Positions 41,372-56,904 of a stretch of 64,000 nucleotides of DNA are shown here, in pieces. Position 1 is the stretch's first letter; every line of letters begins with the position of its first letter. The translations under genes and the position numbers were made by a program. The notes under the pieces were generated by a model, which worked only from the letters and a program-made list of their open reading frames with translations, made no database searches and had not been told where the DNA came from. Source of the DNA: Octopus vulgaris (lineage: Eukaryota). The stretch is taken from positions 18,104,001 to 18,168,000 of the forward strand of contig OX597835.1 in assembly GCA_951406725.2 (NCBI GenBank). The letters run 5' to 3'.

Positions 41372-41397
41372 ATGCATATATATATGCATGTATTCAC

Positions 41398-41460
<63 letters not shown>

Positions 41461-43099
41461 GATATTTACATCTTTCCTTCCAAGTTCGTTTGAGAGGGTT
41501 TAATCGTCTATTTCCAAGTCAAAAATTTCGGGGCAGGGTATAAATCGATTAGAACGTCTCGCTCTGCTCAACTCAATATTATTTTATATACCTCAACCCC
41601 CAAAAAATGAAAGGCAAAGTCGGCATTTGAACCTAAACGGGCGAAAGGTCGTCAAGTGATTTACCCAGAGTGCTAATGATTTTAGCAGTTTGCTTATTAC
41701 GTTGTCTTATATATGGATTGCAAATTACTTATCAATGCCAGCGATTTTGTGTTATGAGCTAAGTCGATTGAATTAGCTCCAATACTTCAGTGGTAATTAT
41801 TTTATCGATCTCGAAAGGATGAGCGGCAAAGTCGACCTCGAGAAAATTTGAACTCGGAACCCCAAGACTGACGAAACGCTAGAAAGGTTTTGACCTGAGT
41901 GCTATTGACTCTGTTGTCTCACGGGTTTACGTTGCTTTAAATATTGAGCTCAAACTGCGCTCATCCCTTCTGAGTTGAGAAACAGTTCCTGGCCAAAGAC
42001 TGACATCGATCCATTTAATTAACTCAAATTTCACCAAAAACCCTTCTGCCGCCATTACCCCTGATATGAAATTTTGTTATTACAAGGGCGACAGATAGAT
42101 GAGTGCATTACAAGAATTAAATTATAAATTAAAAAAAAAAACACATTAAAAATATATGGGAGTCAGTTAATTAATAAAAAAAAAATAACAATAATCATAG
42201 CATTATAATGTAACGAAGACAAAAAATAAAACAAATTGAATAGAACATTAATAATGATTAGGGAAAGGGGAAAGAAATATGCTTGTTGTATTGGCTCCTT
42301 TTTTTTTTTTTAAATAATTTCCATAAATTGTTGTTAGTGTGAAATTAATTTTCTCTCTATTGTAAATTGAAAATTATAAACAGAAATTCAAAATTATAAA
42401 CAGAAAACACACTTCTTTCTCATGTTAAAAAGAAAATAATTTCGATTTTGAATTTCAAATTTTAGGGGTTGCTGCTATTCCTTTCTTCTTCTTCTTCTTC
42501 TTCTTCTTCTTCTTCTTCTTCTTCTTCTTCTTCTTGCTATTATTATTGTTGCTATCATCATCATCGTCGTCGTCATCATGATTATTATTGTTCTTATCAT
42601 TAACTTTTCTTCGTTTCTTTTTAGCAGTTAATTATTTTGTTGTGTTATTTTGTGATTTGTTTCAAATATTTTTTTCCCTATTCCGACTAGAATTATATTA
42701 CCATATTTCATTTTTAAATAATAATTTTGAATTGAAAGGAGCCTTGTTGCCTTGCACTGAGGCTGTTTCCGAGTGTTTGCAGTATTTTCCTTGATTAACG
42801 CCTTGCCCAATGTGACCAACCTTTCTTATATATTTGTTCTGATTTACTATACCAGGGACAAGGTTGATCAATGCTCTCTTCATTTAAGGCAGGGATTCTC
42901 AAACTTTGGGGTCACCGCGCCTCCTCATGGCCACATAATACTCTCAGCGATCCGACCGCTATTTTTTACGTATAAATAAACATTTTATATCTTACTAATT
43001 TATATATACTATGAATCATTTGATATTTAATATAAAATTAAATAAATTGTATACAATACCATAATAATATAATAAATTCACAGCGTCCCCCCAGTTCTA

Positions 43100-44350
43100 G
43101 GAGGCGCCACAAGTTGCCCAGAGGAGGTGCCCACCACGTTAAGGTTGATGAGGAAATGCGAGCCGGGCTTCAGGTGATTATTGATGCCAACCCACTCGCA
43201 ATCCTTTACAAATGAAGTGGGACTTAGAGATAGCATTGCCCGGAAAGCTCCCTGTTTCCGTGTCTGCAATCTCACGGGCCCTAGATGGGATGTTGATAAC
43301 TATGAATTTGGCCGAGTACGTCCCAAGTACAAGAAATACCCCCAAGAATTCTGGAAAAGCATTAAGAGTACGCGCATTGGTTCATAGAAGAGGATGTCGT
43401 CGACTATTACATTTTTATTGATGAATGTGGGTACAACTTTTGGACCAGGCGGTCCTTTGGACGAGCACCTCGAGGCGTTCCCGTTCTCCGAGTTTTGAGA
43501 AAAACTGCAACGTCACTTTCGAGGTGTCGGGAGAAATCGGCCTGGTTCACAACTCCATTGCGAATGATACGGTTACACGAAACTCTTTCGAGGGGTTCTT
43601 GGTGGAAACAGTTCGAACATGTGCCGACATTTTCGCAGTGGATGAATTCGTCTACTTGATCTACGACAACACGCGGCCACGCGTTAGTGGCTAGCTCCCG
43701 CGGAGGCGCAATGGCCCAGTGGTTAGGGCACCGGACTCGCCGTCATACGATCGCGGTTTCGATTCCCAGAAAGGGCGTTGTGAGTGTTTATTGAGCGAAA
43801 ACACCTAAAAGCTCCACAAAGCTCCGGCAGGGGGTGGTGGTAATCCCTGCTGTACTCTTTCACCACAACTTTCTCTCACTCTTACTTCCTGTTTCTGTTG
43901 TACCTGTATTTCAAAGGGCCGGCCTTGTCACTCTCTGTGTCACGCTGAATATCCCCGAGAACTACGTTAAGGGTGCACGTGTCTGTGGAGTGCTCAGCCA
44001 CTTACATGTTAATTTCACGAGCAGGCTGTTCCGTTGATTCGGATCAACCGGAACCCTCATCGTCGTAACCGACGGAGTGCTTCCGTCCCCAGTGGCTAGC
44101 TCCCAGTTGACGCCGTTTCTTAATTGGAAACGGTGTATTCTGCTTTAAGAGCGGTTGTGAAGCAGGACCTCGCTCGAGCTGAGTTGCAGCAAAGGGTTGG
44201 CGACCGGGCAGCTACAGAAGAAGCAGGCATGACCATGGAAGAATGGCGATCATATGTTATACAACTGGTTGCAAGGCGTAACATCGACGCTATCACTCTA
44301 GAAAATTGTGTTCCTTGGTATAGACACACACAGACCTACTTCTCGTGATA
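43100..44350 (+). pseudogene. Decayed IS630/Tc1-superfamily DDE transposase, split by a SINE
   Basis: YIFIDECGYNFWTRRSFGRAPRG (43408), VYLIYDNTRP, then after the SINE TPFLN / ETVYSALRAVVKQ. Confidence 0.75.
43700..44090 (+). mobile_element. SINE family B, tail type 1, 14-bp TSD
   Basis: TSD agtggctagctccc at 43686-43699 and 44091-44104; A and B boxes in head. Confidence 0.92.
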
Positions 44351-44656
44351 CTTCGTCTGCCAGGAAATAGACGATTAAATCCTCTCAAACGAACTCTCCT
44401 CATCGAGACTGTAAAGAAATAATTATCCCAGAGTGAGCAGCACGCTTTTTCTGATGAAAGAAAAAAAATGCAAAATCAAAGAAATATATACTTTTCGCAA
44501 CAAGAGATACTATGCAAAGGAAGAATACATGTCGCAACATAATGTATTCAAAATCAAAGAAAATAAGCATTTTTCTAATTGTGATATTCTTGAAAAATAT
44601 TGAGAAGCCTGGAATGTGATGTCATGAAGTATTTAACGACAAATACACGTACAAAT

Positions 44657-44822
44657 AGGCGCAGGAGTGGCTGTGTGGTAAGTAGGTTGCTAACCAGCCA
44701 CATGGTTCCGGGTTCAGTCCCACTGCGTGGCATCTTGGACAAGTGTCTTCTGCTATAGCCCCGGGCCGACCAATGCCTTGTGAGTGGATTTGGTAGACGG
44801 AAACTGAAAGAAGCCCGTCGTA

Positions 44823-44867
<45 letters not shown>

Positions 44868-45072
44868 TTGTGTGTCTGTGCTTGTCCCCCTAGCATTGCT
44901 TGACAACCGATGCTGGTGTGTTTACGTCCCCGTAACTTAGCGGTTCGGCAAAAAGAGACCGATAGAATAAGTACTGGGTTTACAAAGAATAAGTCCCCGG
45001 GGTCGATTTGCTCGATTAAAGGCGGTGCTCCAGCATGGCCGCAGTCAAATGACTGAAACAAGTAAAAGAGAG
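44657..45072 (+). mobile_element. SINE family A, full length
   Basis: Nearly identical to 23864-24275. Confidence 0.92.
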
Positions 45073-45799
45073 TACCTTTGCAAAACTAAAAGAATACATA
45101 GAAAAGCATGGAAGCAATAGAGTGTTTAAAGTATAAACAATGGATGAAAACATGATTATGATAACAATGATCATGAGAAAAAAAAACAAAAAACAAAACA
45201 GCTTTCGTGCTAATTTGATTGCTCGAAGTGTCAAATAGATTCCAGCGAAACGGGCATTTTATTTTGAATGATGTAAATGCTAAATTCTTTGACCAAAGTG
45301 CGAAATTGAATGATCGATAAACGAATATTGAGTGACTAACATCATCGCACTCATTTTTTTCGTGACTTTTAATGACCCAATTATCAAATTGAATGACAAA
45401 CGTACGAAAATGACTACAAAAACCAATAGTAGAATTAATAATTTGAGAATATAGTCGATGAGATGGCAGAATCGTTAGCAAGTTCGCCAAACGCTTAGTA
45501 GTATTTTTTTTTTCGTTCTGCGGTCAATTTCCTACGAGGGCGAATTTTATATATCTTTCTTTGTTTTTCGGTGTCAATAAAACAAGTACCAGTTGAGTAC
45601 ATAGGATCAATGTGATCGATTAGTCCCTGAGCCAAAATTCCCGGCCTTTTGCTTACAGTAAAATCAATTATTTATTTAGGAATCTGGTACAGATTAATTT
45701 CATTACTATTTCTGAGCATTGAGGCTGTATCACCGGCGGTTATAGGAAACTGTTTTTGTGTCGCTGCAATGTTTCAAAATATAACGTATGTATGTATTC

Positions 45800-46020
45800 C
45801 AAAATATAACTACCTGTGGATTGTTTGCAATTTTTTTCCTCCGTTTTCCTTTCATTTTGGACTTTCTTCTGTCTCCTGTTTCTGAAGAAGAGCTTTGCTT
45901 GGAATGTAAAACACATTTTCTTTCCTTTCCTGGGCGTCTTATTAATACTTTGCATGTACCACATCCTCGAGTTGTCGTATTTTCCTTCTTGACATTTTTC
46001 TCCGTTTTTTTTATTAACTA
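45800..46020 (+). mobile_element. Repeat family D2 with mutated hammerhead motif (45877-45913)
   Basis: tgttt CTGAAGA a gagc ttt gctt GGAA t GTA aaaca. Confidence 0.6.
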
Positions 46021-47093
46021 TTTACCGCACGCTCACACCGACACTCGTCCTTCTGACTGGCTTTGGAGTACCTAATTTGCGGAATCTTTCCACCATCGGT
46101 TTGCATTAAACTATTTGTTCGGAGTAAGTCACGTCTGTACCTTGATTATGTATGTATGTATATATATATACTTGTACGTATGTATACACACATAGTAAAT
46201 ACATGCATACATAAATACATACATACATATATATAAACACGTACATACATGTATATATATATATATATATGGATAAATATACGGGTGTGTGTGATTGTGT
46301 ATAGAAGAATATATTAATTAAAGGAATTCCAACCGTGTCTGATTTTCACGTTTTACTTACAATCTTATATTTTTATTTACAAAGATAATATAATATAATA
46401 AAATAAAATAAAGTAATAGAATGTTAAATGTTCATTCTGATTGAACTAGTACTTTCATGCATTAAATTCTGCAATCTTCAGGTTCATGTAGTAGTGGTGA
46501 CAGTCATGCTTCACAATTTTTTTGACTTTATATATACATACGTATATGAGTTTGTGTGTGTGTGTGTGTTAATTCTTTTAGCTGAGCTTGTAGAATTTTT
46601 CGATCCAAAAGAGTCCTGTGAATATAACATATTTCTGAATGATTATTAAAAAAATTGAATAGCAGTAAAATTGAAACAGGCAGGGTGCTCACGACTGAAC
46701 TGCCTCCGCTCCGAGGTCTACAGCACTAATCAAGTGGAACTGGAGAGTATACAAGAAGAAAATAATAATTATACAGAATTTGAGATCTAATGTTCCACAA
46801 TAAATTCAGATTTGAACTCAAACTTCTAAAGATGTACATCTGAAAGAAGTAAAAACTTTCAATTTTCGGGGTGAAAAAAATAAGCAGTGAATATAATAAT
46901 GAGCCCACGCTCTATACAGAAAAATGAACTTTATATTTATGCCAGTATGACGAAAGAAATTGATGAAAGAGTGAATTTCTGTGAATGTGTGTTTATGAAT
47001 AAGTGCGCGTGTATATGTGTCACGAGTTATATTTAGTTTTACACTCAATTAATGCAGTGGATTTTTACTAGGAAACACAGACACACACATACA

Positions 47094-47167
<74 letters not shown>

Positions 47168-47431
47168 GATGTTCATAAGGTTACAGGCGGTGTCAAATGC
47201 ATTCTAGATCGTATAAACAGTTGGCCTAGCATTATTTGCAATGAAACGAGCGAGTAATGTAACTGAGATGTGCAATAAAACTCAGATGTGCAATAAAATA
47301 GTCTATTAGGAATGAATAAAAGGAAAAAAAAAGCTACGGAGGAAATATAGAGATTTAGGGTGGGTTAATCTGAACAGATGTGATGAATAATTTGTAAAGC
47401 TGTGCAGTGTAAACATATGCATGTAGAAATG

Positions 47432-47990
<559 letters not shown>

Positions 47991-48012
47991 GCATGTAGAT
48001 ATATATATATGC

Positions 48013-48053
<41 letters not shown>

Positions 48054-48527
48054 TATACACTTATGCCTGTTATCGTATACTGACACATGTCTATGCAGGT
48101 TTATACTTGCGCAGATGAATATACACATTAAACGATATGATATACAGGTGAATATATTCGTATGGGTGTATATACACATGTTTTGATTCATACATGCGTA
48201 CGTATATATGTGTGTATGTATGCATTCATATCTGCATATCTATACACACATATACGTTTATATTGGTGAATACGTGTGTGAGTGTGTGTGTGTGTGTGTG
48301 TGTATGTGTGAATAAGTTTATATGTAACCATGTGTATGCGTTTCGGTATCATTTTTGTGTAATGATGGGAAATGGCTTCTGTTTTGCACTTTGTTCCCTT
48401 GATATCCTCATACTTTATGCATCGAATATAGAGTACAGAAATATATATGCAAACATCTATACGCACACGTTTTATACGTACACACATATATGCAAATATA
48501 TATATATATTTATAGACACACACAGAT

Positions 48528-48570
<43 letters not shown>

Positions 48571-49344
48571 TATTGACATCTACATCAGTAAGATGCAACA
48601 GAAGCATACTTTAAATAGCATAACTTTTCCCTATAAAAATAAACTGCATCCATATTTTTTTCTAAAGTGATCATTCAAAAAAGATATTCACATTCTCTCT
48701 GTTCTATAATGGTAATTTACGATGCCTCTCTGTAGAAACGCATAAATAACAAATCGTTTTTCATCCTAACATTCCGTCCGCTGCTATTTGCAATAAATTC
48801 CTTATGATGATGACAGCACGGCAGAATCGAGGATCATTTCCATTTGTTCTACTTTTCACCATTTCCTTTGAAAAAGAACTTTGAAAATGTACTGTAATTT
48901 GTACAGATATTATTACAGCGTCTCTTATCTAAGTACCTCTTGTTGTTTCCTCTGTGTAGGTGGCAGGGACGAAGTAATACTGGAACGAAGGTTTCGACGT
49001 CTAGTTTGATTCCATGCGAGGTTTGGAATGGAATGACAAAGTTGAAATTTCGCCCCAAAATATCAGGATTCGGTTGCTGAGTATCTCGTCAAAGGGCAGC
49101 TTGCATCCGCAGTCCGTAATAACAGCAGTTGGTACTACACTATCTAGTTTGAAAGGTGGATATATAATCCAAGCAAGCATATAAAACCATCCAAATAGAT
49201 AATCACAACTGAATCCAGTTCCACGTAATTGTTGTAGTTGACCAGAGGCCGTAGGAGCAAACGTTCTCCAGGCAAAGGCTGTTTCACCCATCACTACCCT
49301 ACTCAGGCAAAGCGTACTGTAGGAGATAAGGAGACCAAAATAAT

Positions 49345-49421
<77 letters not shown>

Positions 49422-49422
<1 letters not shown>

Positions 49423-49960
49423 GAATAACAACAGAAAAAAGATGGTATAGACGCACACCAGAAAAGGTCACAGAAAACGAGAAAGCAACCATACTCTGGG
49501 ATATTCCAATACACGCAGATACAGAAATTAAGGCCAACAGACCAGATATAGTTGTCAGAGATCATGAAGAACAAAAATGCTTTCTAATTGATGTATCAAT
49601 ACCGGCAGATGACAATGTATCTCTAAAAGAAATGGAGAAACTCTCAAAATACAAAGACCTGGAAATAGAGGTAACCAGAATGTGGAATCTAAAAACAGAA
49701 ACAATTCCTATCATAGTAGGTGCATTAGGCATGATAAAAAAATATTCAGACAAATACATAACAAAAACACCAGGACTTACAAACACATATAACATACAGA
49801 AAATTGCACTACTGGGCACTGCACACATCCTACGCAGAACACTTTCCATACAATAACCATCAGAGCATCACAACAAATCACAGCACATACCCAAGGCACA
49901 CAGAGCTGCGCTCGGTAGTGAAGTGAAAGCACGCTATAAAAATAAAAATAAAACTACTGA
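49422..49960 (+). mobile_element. 5'-truncated R4/Dong-like LINE inserted in (TAA)n; open frame 49422-49856
   Basis: TILWDIPIHADTEIKANRPDIVVRDHEEQKCFLIDVSIPADDNVSLKEMEKLSKYKDL...PIIVGALG (PD..D restriction-like endonuclease); (AAT)n on both flanks. Confidence 0.9.
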
Positions 49961-49999
49961 ATAATAATAATAAATAAATAATAATAATAATAATAATAA

Positions 50000-50360
50000 A
50001 TGCCCTGATGCAGTACAAGACAGTGGCTCTCATGGTTTCTGATCTTAATTGATTGAAAGTGTTATCATGTACATTCATTTATCTTGGTATAAAAGATGGG
50101 TTACATCAAATATTCTGCTCAATACCACAGATTTCCTTGTCAGTTGTTTGATCTTAACCAGTTGAGCATGTCCCTTATTGGCTGACGATATGTGCATCTC
50201 TGATCACGAGCAGAAGTAGTGGGGAAGCATCATAGCCATGTGTTGAAAGGAATTCTTTGGATAATTCACCTTTGGAAACAAGGGTAGTTCGTTCAACATT
50301 CTTAAACAATCCTTATTCAGGGACCTTTTGGGAGGGATGGGCCACTCGACCAGAAGAACC
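50000..50360 (+). mobile_element. Interspersed repeat beginning in (AAT)n, related to 35404-35737
   Basis: See shared segments listed for 35404-35737. Confidence 0.6.
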
Positions 50361-50779
50361 CTCTCCCTTGCCCTACAATCTACAGGTGCGTTCTTAAAGT
50401 ATGACCTCATTCCTTCCAGCGACGTGCACCACTTAATCTCTTTCGCCATAACTGGTTGAAAGAACACGGCCTACCCTGGAAAATATGGTGATGTCATTTA
50501 ACAATTCGACACAGCTGTAATCATGCTTGACAACCTGGTCGATTTTGCATAACAATTGTACTGGAGTTACACACGAGCACGCACACACACACACACACAC
50601 GCACATGCACACACTCACGCACGCACACACACACATACACACACACACACTCACACACACACACATGTATAGAGGGTACGTCCGTGCTTTGATGAGACCT
50701 CTTTCAAGTATTCTGATTCCTGACATTATCTGTCTTGAAAAGTAAGCTTTTTCAGACAGATAATATTGGAAATTAGGTT

Positions 50780-51530
50780 GACTTAGCAAATTCAAAGGAG
50801 CACTTTAAATGTCAAGCACAGTGATACAAAGATAGCTTCCTTCTTGAAATTACCTGTTCCTTCGTTGTGAAAGTTCGAAAGGAGACTGACAGGTCTCCTA
50901 CATCATTAGCTAAGCCCAAAACTCCTTCACAGGGGCCTTAATAAAATCATGACACATAATTTTGCATTATAACCCATAAAATTCTGGAAAGTAAATCAAA
51001 GCTTTTGTAAATGAGCTCAACGTTTCAGAATGCACCAGCAGAAGAGCTGTGCATAGGGACACACAGTACAAGTCTTATGTGGCGTGAGGAGGTCAATTTA
51101 TGTTAAACTGGACAAGAGAGAATCGTTTCAACCATAAAAAAGTTCTTGCTAAACAAACTGAATCACTAAGAAGCAGAATGCTTTGGCTTTTCTCCGGTGA
51201 GATAAACGTAACCCAGGACCAAAAGGTAAACTGACGGGATGACAAATGGTTATGCAGAGACCGAAATGAGCTTCTGCAATTCATACATACTAACCTACCG
51301 GCAACTGTCATGGTTCTGAGAGTCTTCAACGTCACTTTTTCGCAGGGCTTAAGAGTCAATGGCGCTGTCTACACAGAGGTGCTGGAGAAAGTTGTGAGAC
51401 CCTGGATAGACAGAGTAGGGAACGGAAGACCGTAGGTGTTCCAAGAAGACTCTGAACCATCTCATAAGTCGAAGCTGAACCGAGGCTTGGATGCGTGCTA
51501 ATCTTTATGATCATGTTCTTTCAGACACGT
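50780..51530 (+). pseudogene. Decayed DD37D (maT)-like Tc1/mariner transposase
   Basis: WLFSGEINVTQDQKVN*RDDKWL, TNLPATVMVL, QGLRVNGAVYTEVLEKVVRPWIDRVGNGRP*VFQEDSEPSHK. Confidence 0.8.
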
Positions 51531-51959
51531 GAACTCTATGTAATATATGTAATATTAAGAAAGAGAAGGTAGTGAGTTAATAGAATCTTTAGCAAACCAC
51601 ACAAAATGCTTAGCGGGATTTAACTTCTTTACGTTCTGGGATCAAATCTTCGCCGAAGTTGACTTTGCCTTTCATCCTCCTAGGGCCGATAAATAAAGTA
51701 CCAGTCCAACACAACGTCGATGTAATCGACTTGTAACTTCCACGAAATTGCTGGCATTTTGCCAAAATTTGAAACGAATTTAACATAAGACATCTTGAGT
51801 CTATGTGTACATACGCACCAGTGTGTGTGTGTGTGCTGGTCAGGTGAACAAATACACATATATATATACATTCATACGGACGCGCAGGTTTGTATGAATC
51901 CACCATAGCTAAATTGATTGCTAGAGAACGCGTACACACAAAAGCATACACACTTGGAT

Positions 51960-52101
51960 AAATACCTTGCTTCCCAACCATATAGTTCCGGGTTCAGTCC
52001 CACAACCTGGTACTTTTGCAAGTAAATTCTGTTATAGCCTCGGCCCGACCAAAGTCTTGTGAGTCGATTTGGCAGCCGGAAACTGAGAGAATCCCGTCGT
52101 A

Positions 52102-52139
<38 letters not shown>

Positions 52140-52345
52140 TATGTTTGTATTTCTGTGCTTGTTTCCCCCACCATTGTTTGACAACCGATGTCGGTGGGAT
52201 TACGCCTCCGTAACGTAGCGGTTCACCCAAAGAAGCCGATAGAATAAGTGCTAGAATAAGGTCCTGGAGTCGGTTTATTCGACTAAACGCGTTGCTCCAG
52301 CATGGCAGCAGACACATGACTGAAACAAGTAAAAGAATAAAAGAA
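51960..52345 (+). mobile_element. SINE family A, older diverged copy
   Basis: Colinear with family A; tail gactgaaacaagtaaaagaataaaaga. Confidence 0.8.
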
Positions 52346-52369
52346 TGCATGCATATATGTGTGTGTGAG

Positions 52370-52452
<83 letters not shown>

Positions 52453-52790
52453 TTATACACCCTCAAACACATCGATATAGCGATTTCACCAAGTGCATCT
52501 CGTTGGTCGTAAATAAAATTGAATATCTGTCAATAACAGATTGACCTGGTCTGTATCAAGGAGAGAGATGAAGAGTGATAGGAAATAGGAGAAAGAGAGG
52601 AAGGTAAGTAGGAGTCTTAGAGAGACAGAGAAGGGGGTTAAGACAGACGAGGACTGTGAAGGAGGAATGAGAAAGTGAATGTTTATAACCTGGCGATATT
52701 TTCGTTCTACATAACTGGATGCTTCGTTTTGATCTTGGTTTTTGAACGAAAGCTGTTGAAATCTATAGGTGGTGCGGCAATATGAATACG

Positions 52791-52838
<48 letters not shown>

Positions 52839-53125
52839 TACATATTTATGTACACAGTCACATACACACACAAACACACAGACACACACATAAAGACAGT
52901 CACACGCCAGACACACACACACGCTCGTATGAATACAGACATACGCATATCTATAATTTGATTAGTAATCAACCAAATCATTTTAATGGTTTGTTATGGC
53001 TCCAATTACAAATTACTCTAAAAACAACCATACATACACACGCATTAACATATCCCCACACACAGATACACACATACCCACACACACACATACCACACAC
53101 GTACATACAGAAATACACATGTATG

Positions 53126-53176
<51 letters not shown>

Positions 53177-53771
53177 ACATACATATATATATATATATAC
53201 ACATGCACGTAAACGTTTGCGTATTTTTACTATAACACATACATGTACGTGTGAGTGTGTATGTGTGTGTATGTGTGCTTTTGTGCTTTTGTGCTTGCGT
53301 GTGTGTATATATGTGTGTATATATCCACGGCGAAGTAATAAGAAATCAGAAATTAGACATTCATCTAAATTACAGTCTGCCCCAAAACATTGGGAAAATG
53401 GCGCTAAAGCTGTTTTCTTTTATATTTCATTTTTTAATATTTTTTTATTGTTGGTGTTTATATTTAATTGTGTTCTTTTTTTTTGTTTATATTTCGTTTT
53501 AACAAGTAATTATTTTCTGGATGTTAGTCAGTTTGTTTCGTGTTGTCTCTCTTTCTCCTCTTCTTTCTCTTTCTCTCTCTCTCTCTCTCGTTCATGACGT
53601 GTCTCTGTTGTTCTCTTGCATTTTCTCTCTGTCTGTTTTAACTTGATTTCACTCTCTTTTTTCCTTTCTGTGTGTATATGTCTATTATATATATATATAT
53701 ATATATAGTTGTCTATCAATCTATCTATCTATCTACTTATCTGTCTGTGTGTCTGTCTATATATCTATGTG

Positions 53772-53821
<50 letters not shown>

Positions 53822-53834
53822 CATGTATATATAC

Positions 53835-53883
<49 letters not shown>

Positions 53884-53978
53884 CATTCGTGCACATATAT
53901 TCCGAACACACACACATGCACACACATATACATACATGTGTACCTATATGCATATAGCTCTATCTAAATATCTATATC

Positions 53979-55403
53979 CATATCATTAAGGTATTTGAGA
54001 GAGTGCTGAGATCGCGTATGACTCACTTCCTTGAGAGTCATAATATGCTGAACTCCAGCCAGCATGGATTCCGTAATGGGAGAGATTGCCTGACGCAGCT
54101 ACTGCATCATTTTGATGACATTTTGAGAGCCTTGGGAGAGGGTTCCAACACTGATGTCATCTACATTGATTTCAGCAAGGCCTTTGACAGGGTTGATCAT
54201 AAGATCCTTCTGAGAAAGTTGTCCAATATTGGTGTCACTGGAAAGCTGCTGCAGTGGATCAAGTGCTTCCTGTCTAACAGAACCCAACATGTAGTCGAAG
54301 GAGTCAAATCCAGCCCAGCCAAAGTCAGCAGTGGTGTCCCACAAGGCACTGTGTTGGGCCCACTTCTCTTCATCATCTACATAAATGATATTACTGACAC
54401 CATCAAACACAGTAACATCAGAACCTTCGCTGATGATTCCAAGCTCCAGAAGGTCATCAATGGCGTGGATGACCGAATAAGCCTTCAGTCAGACCTACTG
54501 GCTGTTGTCCAATGGGCGGAAAAGAATAACATGTTGCTAAACGAAGACAAATTCGTACTGATCCACTTTGGAAGGGAGGACGCTCTGAAACTCCCATACT
54601 CCCTTCCTTCTGGAGAAATTCTCATGGCATCCAACAACATCAGAGACTTGGGAGTAACAGTGGACAACAACATAAGCTGGGCTACACATATAAGCAGCAA
54701 AGTTGACATGGCCCGCAGAATGTGTTCCTGGATTCTCAGAACCTTCCAGTCGAGAGATTCCCACACTATTATCCTTCTCTTCTCCACTTTTGCCCGACCC
54801 CACCTTGAATACTGCTGTCCACTGTGGTCTCCCTACACAAAACAAAATATCATGAGAATTGAAGCTCCCCAAAGGTTAATCACAAAAAGTTAGATGGCAT
54901 GTCAGACCTTGACTACTGGGGTAGACTAGAGAAGCTGAAACTGTATTCACTCCATCGACGCCGTGAACGCTACATTATCTGTATGATGTGGAAAATATTC
55001 CATCAGCACTGTCCGAATGATGTTGGCATCACCTTCAAAATACATCCAAGGCTTGGACCACGTGCCATCCGTCCACAACAAAAATCTAAATCGCACCACA
55101 TAACGACAATACGGCACAACTATTTCACCTCAATTGGACCCGCTCTCTTCAACATTACACCAGGACACGTCAAAAAAAGAAACTGACCACACAAAATTCA
55201 AGAAGACTTTGGACAAATTCCTTCAAACAGTCCCGGACAAACCACCCACACCCGGATATGTCTCCGCAAACAATAACTCTCTGCTCGAATGGGCCTTGGT
55301 ACCCAAATCCTGAATTGAAAGACTTCGCCAGGTGGTGCTATTAAGTTAGACATGGCCTGGGCCAACACTGGCCAAAACCATTCTAAGTTCTAAGTTCTAA
55401 GTT
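53979..55403 (+). mobile_element. 5'-truncated CR1-like LINE (RT domain, frameshifts near 54890 and 55175, stop ~55313, (TTCTAAG)3 tail)
   Basis: QHGFR, YIDFSKAFDRVDH, SGVPQGTVLGPLLFIIYINDI, FADDSKL, RDLGV, RPHLEYC motifs in ORF 54003-54893. Confidence 0.95.
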
Positions 55404-55550
55404 TTATATATATACATACATACATACATACATACATACATTCGCGCACATATATTCCGAACACAGACACATGCACACACATATACATACATGTGTACCT
55501 ATATGCATATAGATCTATCTAAATATCTATCTATCTATCTACCTACCTAC

Positions 55551-55666
<116 letters not shown>

Positions 55667-55725
55667 ATACATATATACACATATATATATATAGCTTGTG
55701 TGGATGTATACGTGTATTTATATAA

Positions 55726-55759
<34 letters not shown>

Positions 55760-55948
55760 GTTTATATATTTATCCATGAAATTATCACCATTTAGGACGA
55801 GGATAGGACCTGTCAGTCTAAGTTTCTATGTCTCATATAGTATTTTCTGTCTTATATACTAGACAATGACAGATGTGAGTGGCAGTATGAGCATCAGTAT
55901 CAATAGCAGCAGCAGCAATATTATTATTATTATTATTAGTATTAGTAT

Positions 55949-55990
<42 letters not shown>

Positions 55991-56611
55991 AAGTAATAGT
56001 AGTCTTCCTGGGTTGCGCTGCATTCAGCAGATTCCTTTCCAGGTGCGTTCCCAACACGAGTCCCTCTCCGCTTCTGCCTATGGAACAATACAATATTCTC
56101 AGGTAAAAGGATTTCTTTCTGACTATTTCACATGTCAGCTTCTCATTTGTCAGATGTCTACCTGCTAATTACCAGCAGTTGATGCAACTCTATAGTGGCC
56201 GCTCCACCACTACCACCACCGGTTTGCATTTTCGCAGGTGTTTATTTTGCAACTGTTTCGAACGAACATTAACAAAATCGATCTCGCCTGTCGAAGATCT
56301 CGCCTTGGACAGAAAGTGGTTGCTGTATCTTCCACCGGATCTAAGACATAATCGAATTCAATGAAAAATATAAGCATGATAAGTACACAGACAAACCTGC
56401 AAACACACACACGTAGACAAGTATAGATACACACACACACACTCACACAAATATATATATATATGTGTTAAATAAATATATATATATATATGTGAGTGAA
56501 ATAAACCTTTATTTCAAACACTTTACTTAGTATTGAGTTAACTCAAGTGTATCTCTGGCGTCCGAAAAGTTATGCACACATAAACATGCACAGGTGTGCA
56601 GGCCTATACAC

Positions 56612-56667
<56 letters not shown>

Positions 56668-56771
56668 TCAAAATAAGCAACAAGAATGACTCCGGAAATT
56701 TGGTACGATCGTTTCGTACTACATCACTTTATTAAATATCGTAAGTATTACAACAGTTTTAAAAGGCTGAG

Positions 56772-56853
<82 letters not shown>

Positions 56854-56904
56854 GTGTGAGTGTGTGTGTGTGTGAGTGTTAGTGTATTCATGTATATATA
56901 CATA

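Noticed and set aside
42890-43097. hAT/Charlie-like terminus cagggattctcaaactt
   Set aside because: No convincing matching right TIR or 8-bp TSD found.
43700-43775. tRNA-like sequences here and at other SINE heads
   Set aside because: They are followed by SINE bodies and TSDs, so they are SINE heads rather than tRNA genes.
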